The position numbers and the translations under genes are program-made. Of a stretch of DNA of 64,000 nt, positions 13,433 to 26,129 are shown piece by piece. The notes under the pieces are model-generated. The model ran no database searches. It was not told where the DNA came from and saw only the letters and a program-made list of their open reading frames with translations. How positions within the stretch are numbered: position 1 is the first letter of the stretch; each line of letters begins with the position of its first letter. The stretch comes from Octopus sinensis (taxonomy: Eukaryota): contig NC_043002.1 in assembly GCF_006345805.1 (NCBI RefSeq), positions 115,010,001 through 115,074,000 on the forward strand, read 5' to 3'.

Positions 13433-14965
13433 CATATAAAGTGGAAGAGGGAGAGGCGAGACGATTTAAGAAGAAAAAGAAAAGAGGGAATAATCGAATA
13501 TAAACGAAATTGGTCAATGCCAAGTATTTTTTGTTACATTTAAGACATATTCAATTGTAAAATTCTAAAACATATGTCAAGAAAATCTGTTAATAATACA
13601 TGAGATGATGAATCTTGCTTAAATTGAATGTTTTAAACTCCATGTTTCTCTATATGTATTTCAATAACATTTCATTCATTTTCTTGTCAAAATGAAAGAC
13701 TTATTTTCTGTGAATTAAAGTCTTTAATATGAAGTGCTGAGATTTAAACATTCACGATTCCTGAGGAAATTACTCCTGCCTCGTTGAAGAAAATGTATTG
13801 ATTAAAATTCGTTCGAACAGCAATGATTATTTTTACAATCAACTTCATTTTTTGCTGCAATTCTATCATAATTGATTTGTAAAGGTATTTGACTTCTTCA
13901 GGTCATCAAGTTAGAAAAGGGACTGATGTCCTTACTTTCTTAATTCAAAATGTTATACATACATCATGCAAATATATTTTCAAAGATGTAATGAAGATTT
14001 AATGTTTTCCTTAAGCTGTTGCGTTCTCAATAGTGATAAATGGCAATATTACAAAAAAATATTCCTTTCTAATATCGAACTGAAAATCGATGCAAAAATG
14101 GAATATGACACAATTATATTTCACAGAGCTCATGAGCGATAATCAGTCGAATCCATTTGCGTAGATTCCTCGGAAAGAAAATTTCAAAAAATAGCAAATC
14201 ACAATTTGAAACATTCTTCATTTTGCAAAATGCGGTAAACGTTATATTTTCTTATCGTTTAAGTGGTTCTATAGAAACAGTAGCGAAAATGTGATTTTGA
14301 ATATCATTGTACATACAGAATGTAAGTATCACAATAGGAGTTTAATTGTTACGCATTTATAATGGGTCCTCTGTAAGGCAATGACTAGAAAATGTTGAAA
14401 CTATCTTTGGTAATTTGTTCAGGCAGAGTAGAAATCACTTTTTGAAATTCAAAGCATGTTAGAATTGTATGTTCCAGAAAGATTCCAGTTTTTACTGAAT
14501 GGTTTCTGTCATGGCTTTATTAGAAACTCTCATAACTATTTTATATGGCTTATTTAGTGCAAACTATTTAATACTGGGAATTAACTATGACCTTGATAAG
14601 GAATTTAGCTCATTACAGGATTTGTAGAGAAGTGAGATTTGTACTAAAAACCTAATCCTCAAACGTATTACTATCCACCCATTGATGACTGAGATAATCT
14701 CACCTTCCATTTGCTGTCTGTTTGCAGATTGTCGAGAAATCATTGAAGCATGTATGGTTGTCAATGGGCTAAGAGTAAAAAAGCAACCTTCATAAAGTGA
14801 CTATATGCAAAGTTTCTAAAATTTAGCAACATAAATTGGATGATATTGTTAAGTTTCTATAAATGTTATATTATATTATCTTTAAAAAATTAATATATAC
14901 AAAATTAATAGAGCTCAATTAATCAGCAAAATATTTCTGCTGCACTAATTTTCTTTTTTATGTGC

Positions 14966-15011
<46 letters not shown>

Positions 15012-15201
15012 ATGCGTGTGCGTGTGCACGCGTAAAGTTTTACATATTTACGAATATGCATGTGGGGGAGGGTTTTGTATGTGTGTATGTAAACCCACAT
15101 ATCGATATATATGCACATATATACATATATAATATATATATATAACACATACATGATATAGGTATGTATGTTTAAATATATATATAAAACACATACATAA
15201 G

Positions 15202-15261
<60 letters not shown>

Positions 15262-16109
15262 ACATATATATATATGCATGTATATATCTTCAAAGCAACG
15301 CAGCTTGTAAATTTATAAGCAATTTACCAAATTGATAGTATAAATTTATGCAAAAAGCATTGAAAGAAACATGTATAACTAAAAATTTAAAATATCAAAA
15401 CTGTTTATTTCCTGCAATTAAAAGATTACGTTATTAAATTGATTTAGTATTTCCTCTTTATTTAGATGTAGTAAATTTCTTTATAAGCATATGTGCAGTA
15501 TACATCCTTTAATCAACTGTTTTATTTGACAGGTAAAATTTTGAATAACATCTGTCTTCATAAAATATTTTCTTGTCATAATGTAAACAAGTGAACATTT
15601 TATATGAGATTTTTCAAAAAGCAAACATTTTTTTTCTATTCCTGTTTAATGGTATACAATTAAACCTAACAAATAACATTTCCCGGTTTTAAGTCTTAAA
15701 TATGCTAGAATTATACAGCAACAAAATTATAGTAAAATTGGTCCTAGCTGCAATCTCTTTACAAAATGTCTATTATCTCTTTATATAAATTATGTTTTCA
15801 CGAACAGACGCTTTTCATTTTTTAACGCAGTTTTCGCATCATATATTTATTTTATATTAATAACGTGTAAGACATGGTCATTTTTGTTTAAGATAAACTT
15901 TGCATTTTGTATATAGTAATTGCCATTTGTTACCCTTTTGTCTTACTTTAGTAATTTTTGATGTGAGAACCAATATATATATACGTATGAAAACCTATAA
16001 AATGCAAAAGAACTTACTCTCAAAGAAATATTAATTCGAACATAGCACTCCAAGCCTACGTCTATTCAATATATATGTGTGTGTGTGTGTAGGTTTGTAA
16101 GTATTGATG

Positions 16110-16153
<44 letters not shown>

Positions 16154-16392
16154 AACACTATATATAACATATATAGATAGATAAATAGATAGATAGATAG
16201 ATAGATAGATATAAATATACACACACATACATACACACACGTACGCACACGGATGCATATTCATTGAGAAAGGGTTACAAAGATTTTGTATGTGTATATA
16301 TGTGTACTATTTGCATATATTTGAGTATATATGTGTATATATATATATATATACATACAACATATATATATATATATATAATATATACATAC

Positions 16393-16434
<42 letters not shown>

Positions 16435-16604
16435 TATATTATATATATATATATATAATATATACATACATATATATATATATACATATATATTTATATG
16501 AATGTATATATATATATGTATATATATATGTGCATGTATGTATTATCCGCACACACACACACACATATATATAATATATATATAACTATATATACATACA
16601 TACA

Positions 16605-16637
<33 letters not shown>

Positions 16638-17349
16638 TCGTTGTAACATACTTAGTTGTTCCGCCACCAGCACCGAAACACTATGGATATGTTCTATAAT
16701 ACACTACAGCAACAAAACCAACTGCTAGCATGCCAACACACGAGAAAGGCACCACGAGACAAATACAGGAACAACTGGCGAATTTTTTTTCATCAGTTTT
16801 TTTTTTTTTAAGTCCCTTTTCAGTTCGGAACTAGCAGTTTCGGCATTTAAGATGTAACTACTTATCCATCCAAAGTCTATGCTACCAACCCTAATTGCTA
16901 TTAATAAGGATAGATTCGGGTAAGTCGAGACAAAAGAAAATAGGCTTCACTATTTCGTGGCGGTTAAGAGACACTAGACAAGACAAAATTTTGATATACA
17001 TATACTCAAGTGAAAGTAACAAAGACACAGAGAGAGAGACAAATCAAATAAGAAAAATAAATCTACATAGCTAATCATTGGAGGCTAGTCCAAAGCAATA
17101 GTGAAGACAAAGGGAAAATACACGCTTTTTACGACCAGTGTAATACAAAAGAAGCCAAAGCGTGTTTATCCGACGCAGGAGGAGATACTGGAAATGTTAT
17201 TATTATTATATCCAAAATTTACATCTGATACGCACATACACACATACATACATACTATATATATATAATATACATTATATATATATATATATATATAATA
17301 ATATATATATATATATATACATACATACACACATACCCACATATATGCA

Positions 17350-17398
<49 letters not shown>

Positions 17399-17879
17399 TA
17401 TGTATGTATGTATGTATATGTATGTGTGTGTATGTTTGTCATACGTGAGTATGTGTCAGTACCTGCTATTTGTCATCATATAGAAGAGCATCATTTAAGA
17501 CAAATAACAAAATAAAACGTATTGTGTTCTCTACGATTGTCTTTGTTCCAGATGACTATTGTACATTGAAGAATTGTAAATTTATATGTCTATACAGCTG
17601 ACGTTAATAAAAGTATATTTTGATTATCTATATGATTTCAAGAATTTTCATTTTGAATAATCATTCAAATATATTGGTTCATAATTTATCTAATTCTCTC
17701 ATCGTGTATTTCGTCTGCAGTCGAGTGTCGTTATAATTGTCAACTAAAGAAACTCTCAGGCTGTGTTGCTTCTGTTACATATATTAACATATTTGCAATT
17801 CTGACGAGGCTTTCTTATGAACTAACTGAAATAATTAGATATAAACCGACAATTTTGCATTTTCTGGATTGGTCAAAGT

Positions 17880-18080
17880 TAGGAGATATGGTAGAATCGT
17901 TAGCCGCTGAAAAAAATTCTTAGAATCATATCTTCCGTCGTTTTAGGTTCTTACTCCAAGTACCGCCTGGGTCGGCTTTGCCTATCGACCTTTTAATGGT
18001 CGATAAAATAAAAACAGCAGGGAGTCGATATGATCGACCCTGAAATTGTTGGTTTTGTGCCAAAATTTGAAACCATTATT
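17880..18080 (+). mobile_element. Degenerate SINE family B
   Basis: GGTAGAATCGTTAGC head, CORE-like GGGTCGGCTTTGCC and tail CCAAAATTTGAAACCA. Confidence 0.7.
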
Positions 18081-20099
18081 CACCTTCAGCTTATTTCATC
18101 CATGTGTGAAAATGAAATATTTTAGACAATTCTTTAGAATTTAAGTTGTTCTTCGAATAAATGAATTATTTCTCAGTCCAGATTGAGTAGAACAAGTATC
18201 AAAGTCATTATATACAGGATCATCAAGTGTTTTCCTTTTTCGATATAGTATACCTTTGACTTCATAATCGAAATTCTTCCGTCTTTTTTATGTTAAAACG
18301 GTGTGTGATTTGAGAGATTTGACAGCTATTCCTAGCAGATGGGTACACACGTCTTTCTGTTTATATGTTTTCGATGTTTGGCATCATTTGAGATATGCAA
18401 TTACCAGACAGATGTCAGTGAGGATAGGTATGTGGTACTAATATCATTTATAAATTAAAATATTTAAGATTAAATGAATTCATATTTGTTCCACACATAA
18501 GTTATAACTGAAGCAGAGCTAAATAATTTGAATTCTGTATTATATGATGTGTTTGCTTTTTGCTCATATCCATTCGTTTTCGTGGTTTCATCATCTGAAT
18601 TTATAAATACATATTAAATTTGTTTATATTTTGTAACATGATTATACATTTAGCCCGGTTCTTAAAAACGTCGGTCTTTTATTTCTCTTAATATGAGGCT
18701 GCAGGGACATGGTCTGGCTATGTAGAAACAGTATTATCTTGAAATCTGACACTTTTCTTTATCGTATGACAAACATATTGAGAGAGTTGCTTTTGATTCT
18801 ATTATTGAAATAAGGGTTGTTCAAAAATAATAGAACTTTGTACGTAAGAAAAAGGTACTTCCTCATTATGTATTCAACTTCGTAAATAGAATTATTAGAG
18901 TGCATCACATGTATTGGTTTAACTTGCGAGAGAAATTCTTGTCGTAGTGGGTTGGAGTGGTTTTCACGACCGCAGTCACTAATGATTGGTGTTAGTTTAA
19001 TCGGTTGGTAATTATAATAAATAATAGTTGCAGCTGCTGTGTGGGTTTTGAAATGCTGTTTTGAATTCCTCGGGAATAATTACACTGTCCAGAAAGTATG
19101 TGATATTGTTCAATAATTTGAAAAGAGTAGTGATCTCTCTTGGATTAGAAACAAGAAAAGTTATCTCAAAATTTAAATTAGGCTTTAATTATGTATCTTG
19201 ACAAAATCCTTGGAATATCATAAAAGATAGTGAATAATACAACAAAAGAACGATAGTAATACGAGCCAAATTAAAGACTTTCAGGAAAGGCTAAACAATC
19301 GTGAACAATATATATTGCTATGGAATCTGTTTGTTGGAGATAATTAAGGAAGGAATGCAACAATATATATAGAAGAATGTAAAAAAATATAAAGCAACAA
19401 TGAAATGCGAGTAGATTTGAAAGTACGCAGATATGATTTGTAGTTTGTATACTGCTGATGTGAATCTATTACTTTTTATACCGAAAGTAAGAAATGTATA
19501 TTTTTTTATCGATATTTCAGACTACAAACACGTCTATTAGAACAAATATGTCTACACATTTGTATATAGACAAACTTCAACTCTAAAATGTATCTAATTT
19601 GTTTTCCCAACATATCTCAAATTGAATCAACTTAAAATTAGTTTGTTGTTACATTCTTGGAAAATTGCTTTGAATGCCTAGATTTCTGGCAGCCTTCAAC
19701 ATTGATATGGATGTTTGTTTTCTTAATATAATGTACATTACATCAAACTTTCTGTGGCTTAAGTGGGTGTCGAATAGCTGTGTTCATTTAGCGACTCGGC
19801 ATAGTTTCCAATATTTAGCAATTGTCAAAAACAATACTCTTATTCATTGAAAATGAAAAGTGTCTTGCTAAAAACGATGAAATACTCATCCTCTCTAACA
19901 TCTTTTCAGCGGGACTACATTATGATTTCCCAAATTAATATCACTGGAAAAGGCAGTAGTATCATAGCTTCCCATTTATCTATTCCTAAGCCAAATCTCT
20001 GAGATAAACGATAGTTCCTCCAATAGGTTACTTCATTAGAAATGTGAACGTTGATATTAAGTAAACATTGCATTCAATTGTGAATCAATTATATGTGAG

Positions 20100-20141
<42 letters not shown>

Positions 20142-20604
20142 CTCCCCGTCTCTCTTTCATTCGTGCACTCTTTCGTCTCCCTCTCTACATAATAAGAGGG
20201 GGATACAGCGCATGCGTTTGTGCATGTGTACTCATAGTAACCGTTGTATGGCCGAACGGTTAAAAACTTCGCTTCGCAGACACAAGGTCTCGCGTTCGAT
20301 TCAACTGAATGGAAACGTACACTAATGACATTTTCTATGACATAATAAGTAAAATTGAGTACGCAGGAATTGTAAAATAGCCAGTCGGGTGGATTATACC
20401 TGTAATTCAAAAATGCAGCCTTGTCACACACTGGATCACCTGCTTCATCTTAAAGAATTATGTTCAGAGTATATGTGTCTGTGGTTGTTAATTAATTCTA
20501 CACATATTTAAATAATCAGACAGCTGAATTCTCATAGCCAAACGTCGGAGCTCCACCAATAAGCCAATATATACGCATTATATATACTTAATATATATGT
20601 TTGC

Positions 20605-20660
<56 letters not shown>

Positions 20661-20674
20661 TATATATATATAAT

Positions 20675-20723
<49 letters not shown>

Positions 20724-20737
20724 GTGTGTGGTGTGTG

Positions 20738-21150
20738 CAAGCGTGGCAGTGTGGTAAGAAGCTTGCTTCCCTTCCACATGGTTCTGGGTTCACTCCCACT
20801 GCGTGGCACCTTGGGTAAATGTCTTTTGGGTCGAGCAAAGCGTCATGAGAGGATTTAGTAAACATAAACCGAAAGAAGCTCGTCGTATATATATATAGAT
20901 ATATATATATATATGTATGTATGTATGTATATTTATTTATTTGTGTGTCTTTATACCAGTTTGTTCCCCCACTATCGCTTGACAACTGATGATGTGTTTG
21001 CGTCTCCCTAACTTAGCGGTTTGGCAAAATTAGAATAAGTACTAAATAAGTCTTACAAAGAATGTCTCGGGGTCGATTTCTTCAACTTAAACCTTTTAAG
21101 GTAGTGCTTCGGCATGGCCGCAGTCAAATGCCAGAAACTGGAAAAAAAAG
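20738..21150 (+). mobile_element. SINE family A (diverged)
   Basis: Head GTGGCAGTGTGGTAAG...GGTTCACTCCC and tail GCATGGCCGCAGTCAAATG. Confidence 0.85.
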
Positions 21151-22580
21151 ATAGATGTACGACTGTTACTGTTATGTCAAGAGGTTCACTTACATAATCT
21201 TAATCCATTTTGCAATGGGTTACAGATAACTTAGTCGTGATCCTAAATGCACATTGAAAACCTGTCGCAGGACACCAAGCAAGAATTATTGGGAACCGCG
21301 CGTAGGAACTATAATATATTCTTATCCCTATTTCTCATTGATAAATATATATATATATATTATATATATATATATATATATTTAAAAAAGGAGATGTGGA
21401 ACACGAGTTGTGATATATAAAAAAAGGAAATGAAGAAAATGCTGACAAAATAATTTAAGTAAGGGAGAGTGTATTTAATTAGGTGAAAGTTCTTTTTTTA
21501 AAACAAAAACAGAGAAAAATTGGGTTAGAATACAATGTTCATTTTTTGTGAATAATTTCAGTGTATAAGAAAAAAAGTAAGAGTCTTTTACAGTGTTCTG
21601 TTTCAGAATAAGATATTTAGTAAAAGCGTGTAATATACAGTTTTTTGTGGAAAAGTTTTTTGTCAGATTTCATTATTCTACACAGAAATATTATAGAGTG
21701 GTTGATTGGGATGCCCGTTAGAGCGTTGGACAAATTTACCTTACACTGTTTCTTTCGGCTCTTTGTATTCTGCTTTCAAACCTCACCGGCGTTAATTTTA
21801 CTCTTTATGTTTTTACAATTTAGCCGGTCTTTAATTTTTAGTCTCCAGTAAGTTGTTTTAGATTGATTAAGTCCTGCGACCGAATAAGCGGCCCCTTAAA
21901 TTTTCGGTATTCTTCCTAAGTTCGAAAATATAATTTATATTTTCAAAATTGGCACAGATAAAATATCTTGCAGTATTTAGTTACAACCCTTTCGTATCAG
22001 ACCTTGGTCAATTGTGCTTTCCATTCTTCTGTGGTCGATACTTTAAAACAAACAAAAAACAGGAATATCTGTTATTTTAAATATATTAACGGCAATGATA
22101 TTTGTGTAAATTTTTTGTTTCGATTCTGGTGAATATTTTCATTTACACAGCTTTCACGCACGCAATTTTCTTCATATATATGTTTAAACTATAAAAAAAG
22201 TTGTAGCCAATTATATTCCCACTTATGTGTATTTAATATCAAAGGAAATTGCTTATTGATTGTATTTTACTGAGGAGACATTTCTAGAGAAATCGTGTAA
22301 TGCAGCATTTTTTATATTCTAGTATGCAGTTTTCCAGTGATGAAGCGGCTGAAAATAATCGGATGTGCAAATGAGCTAAATGCATGACAAAGTAGAACAT
22401 AGCTAGAATTATGTTAATCATACTGCATAATAGCTAAGTTAAGGTAATAGTAATAGTAACATTAGCTGAAAATTCAATAATAAAAACTGAAATATATTTA
22501 AACACATAAGCTGCATCAATAGAGCAATAACATCAAAGTAAAATATTTTTATTATGGAGAATTTTTAACCCAAATCAAAA

Positions 22581-22970
22581 GGAGTGGCTGTGTGGTAAGT
22601 AGCTTGCTAACCAACCACATGGTTCCGGGTTCAGCCCCATCTTAGGCAGGTGTCTTCTGCTATAGCCCCGGGCCGACCAATGCCTTGTGAGTGGATTTGG
22701 TAGACGGAAACTGAAAGAAGCCTGTCGTATATATGTATATATATATATATATTTGTGTGTGTGTTTGTGTGTCTGTGTTTGTCCCCCTAGCATTACTTGA
22801 CAACCGATGCTGGTGTGTTTACGTCCCCGTCACTTAGCAGTTCGGCAAAAGAGACCGATAGAATAAGTACTGGGCTTACAAAGAATAAGTTCCGGGGTCG
22901 ATTTGGTCGACTAAAGGCGGTGCTCCAGCATGGCCGCAGTCAAATGACTGAAACAAGTAAAAAAGAAAAA
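22581..22970 (+). mobile_element. SINE family A
   Basis: High identity to the copies at 5611-6000 and 55706-56145. Confidence 0.9.
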
Positions 22971-23565
22971 GAGAGTATATAACAATAAGTGATCATCGGA
23001 ATATAGTTGTGAAATGTAAGTTTCTGGTGAATAGATGAACTTCAGCATTCGAAGTATTACGACAATCTACTTCTCTTTTATTCTCCTTTATTAGTTTAGA
23101 ATAACATTGACCAATTACATTCTACTAACTAAGAAATGATTGTACTTCCCAAACAACTTCCTGGAAAATCAAATTTAAAGACTGACTATATTATGAAAAT
23201 ATAGTGTCAAACATTACTACAGGACTGAATCACAAACATAGAATTGAATATTCTCTTTCTTACAAAATACTTTAAATTTCTTCACTTCTGCTAAAGTTCA
23301 CTCTGCGACCACGTCTATCTAGTTTCGATCTTATTCCATGGCAGCTTGGGCAAGTATATGGTACAACCTCGGATTGTCTATTAAATTCTATTCTTGAGAA
23401 TAGAAATTAATTGGCGTTGAGTATCGTAGTACACACACATACACACACAAACGCAGGCACACACGCACACACACACGTGTGTATATAGATATATATCAAT
23501 ATTTATTTGTTAAGTATTAATAATTATAATATATATATATATATTATATATATATATATATTATA

Positions 23566-23596
<31 letters not shown>

Positions 23597-24248
23597 TATA
23601 TGCATCTTTGTCGCCCTCTCTCCTTCTGTCTCTCTCACTCTCTTCTCTCTTTCTCACTCTCTTCTCTCTTTCTAAAAATAAATACAGACCGATAAAATGT
23701 AGCCGACTGAAATAGTAACCGGGATCGATACGGTCGACTAAATGCGTAAAGACAATACGAAGTCAACTGACTGGATGCACCAAAACAAATAGCATGACCT
23801 AATGTTCACGGTAATTGAACTATGACTGTTTAAATGTGAAACTGGTGAACTGATGAAAAAAAAAAGAGATAAAGTACCTCTGCCCAAGTGGTTTTCTTTT
23901 TTGTGTTTGGAGTTCCTTATTTCGCCAGAGTTGAATTTAACAAAGCAGCTAGCACATAAATATTGCACTTTAGACTCTTACTGATAAATCATGATGTAGA
24001 AGACTACTTTTCGAAACAGGCTGCCAATATCTTCTGTTGTATAACATTTTAACATGTTTTGCTTAGGTGCAATGCTCTGCTTACATTAGTGGATTCGGAA
24101 ACGTTCATATTTTACCCAAAATAAAATCGAAGTTGACAGTTCAATTCTTAGCATCAAAACTATCATCGCTACTGAAATTTAGTCAGATGACCTGATATTC
24201 CAAAGTAGCATTTTACTCAAGATACTACTTTTTAATTCAAGAAGTTTA

Positions 24249-24249
<1 letters not shown>

Positions 24250-24300
<51 letters not shown>

Positions 24301-24308
24301 CATCATCA

Positions 24309-24357
<49 letters not shown>
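24250..24357. repeat. (TAT)n microsatellite; similar tracts at 24607-24685, 25315-25500 and 57793-57847
   Basis: Direct inspection. Confidence 0.95.
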
Positions 24358-24643
24358 TTTTTTTTTTCTTCTTTCAAATTTGCTTCCATTTCTTGCCGAG
24401 TGTCTTCCCGACTCCTAGGGCAAAGAAACTCATAGTATACATGGGTAGGCCATTAAACCAAACTCAATAGTTCGTTCATTTTTTTTTTTTTTAAGTTAAA
24501 TTAAAATACATGAGCAGCAACAGTTCTCACATCGACAATGCTCTTCTCAATACGTGTGATGTACCAGTTAAGACAATCTTTTGCACTTCTTGCAGGGATG
24601 GTAAGCCATATTATTATTATCATTATTATTATTATTATTATTA

Positions 24644-24686
<43 letters not shown>

Positions 24687-24689
24687 GGC

Positions 24690-24900
24690 GTTAAATTTTG
24701 CCACAAGGGCAGCAATTTTGGGTGAGGGGATGAGTCGATTACATTGTCTCCAGTGTTTAGCTTGTACTTGCTTTATCGACTCCGAAAGGATGAAAAGTAG
24801 GGTCGACCTCGCCGAAATTTGAATTTAGATAGTGGCAACGGGTGAAATACCACTAAGCATTTCGCCAAGAATGCTATCAATTCTGCCAGCTCCCACCATA
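24690..24900 (-). mobile_element. Older SINE family B monomer
   Basis: The reverse complement has head GGTGGGAGCTGGCAGAATTG, a CORE-like block and a (TAA)n tail. Confidence 0.75.
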
Positions 24901-24924
24901 ATAAAAATAATAATAATCCTTTCA

Positions 24925-25313
24925 ACTGACAGCAGAGGGACTCAAATTTTGGGGAAGGGATTAAGTTGATTTCATCGACCCCAGTGCGTAGCTGGTAATT
25001 ATTCAATCAACCCTGAAAGGATGAAAGGCAAAGCTAACTTCGGCGGAATTTGAACTCAGAACGTAGCGACAGACGAAATACCTATTTCTTTACTACCCAC
25101 AAGGGGCTAAACACAGAAGGGACAAACAAGGACAGACATACGGATTAAGTCGATTATATCGATTCGAGTGCGTAACTGGTACTTATTTAATCGACCCCGA
25201 AAGGATGAAAGGCAAAGTCGACCTCGGCGGAATTTGATCTCAGAACCTAACGGCAGACGAAATACGGCAACACATTTCGCCCGGCGTGCTAACGATTCTG
25301 CCAGTTCGCCACC

Positions 25314-25315
<2 letters not shown>
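24925..25315 (-). mobile_element. Dimeric SINE family B
   Basis: Head+CORE+tail1 followed by a headless B-box+CORE+tail2, as at 37566-37967. Confidence 0.85.
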
Positions 25316-25395
<80 letters not shown>

Positions 25396-25415
25396 TAATA
25401 ATAATGATAATATTA

Positions 25416-25492
<77 letters not shown>

Positions 25493-26129
25493 TAATAGTA
25501 ACCTGTTAAATTTTCTTTCTTGACCTTGATTTAGTTTGAGGTCAGTTGTAGAAGGTGGTTGAAAGGTCTACATTACCTATAATCACGATAGTCGTAAGGT
25601 TTAAAAATTATTTCTATAAACTGCTCTTTCCAACATTAATTAGTCACCATGAACAATGATAGAAGCTTCTCTCTATTTTTGGTTATTGTTACAAGACTAC
25701 TTCCTGCTGAAGGAAACTCATTATACTTTGTTCTACGATTCAGGAAATTGAAACCTCCTTATAGCGCGCTATAAACATTCTGTTATCGATGTTCTTGTCA
25801 AACTTTTAGCAAAACAAAGAGACTTTCTGGGCAAAATTACTTAACGAGATCACAAGCAGAGACTCCATTCATAGCACTATCCATAAAAAAACTTTAAAAT
25901 ATACTTCTAAATTAATATTATTATGTCAATATACAACGCGGCGAGTGGGGATAATTGTCAACATGTGGGACAAAATGCCTAGAAACATTTGTTCAGGCTC
26001 TTAACATTGTAAGTTCAGATTCCGTTCAGGTCAACATTTTTCTTTCGTTCTTTCGGGGTCAACAAAATAATGTATTCATCTAATATAATGAATGTTTTTG
26101 TTTTCAATCTTCGCTTTTTATTTGCTCCT

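Noticed and set aside
15831-15866. 36-nt symmetric micro-exon candidate (a similar 18-nt one lies at 61241-61258)
   Set aside because: Splice signals alone are insufficient in 64 kb of AT-rich DNA. These serve as a reminder of the chance rate.
14945-17515. Many ORF-track entries rich in YI, CV or HT dipeptides (also at 20.5, 39-42, 45, 51-54 and 62 kb)
   Set aside because: They are translations of (TA)n, (CA)n and (TACA)n microsatellites, not proteins.
17801-17845. CTGACGA...GAAA hammerhead-like core
   Set aside because: No stem I pairing and only a 2-bp stem II; a chance match.
20240-20310. tRNA-Arg-like sequence with A- and B-boxes
   Set aside because: The acceptor stem does not close and the arms are degenerate. 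It is a SINE head relic, as are the heads at 34766 and 49196, so no genuine tRNA gene is called.
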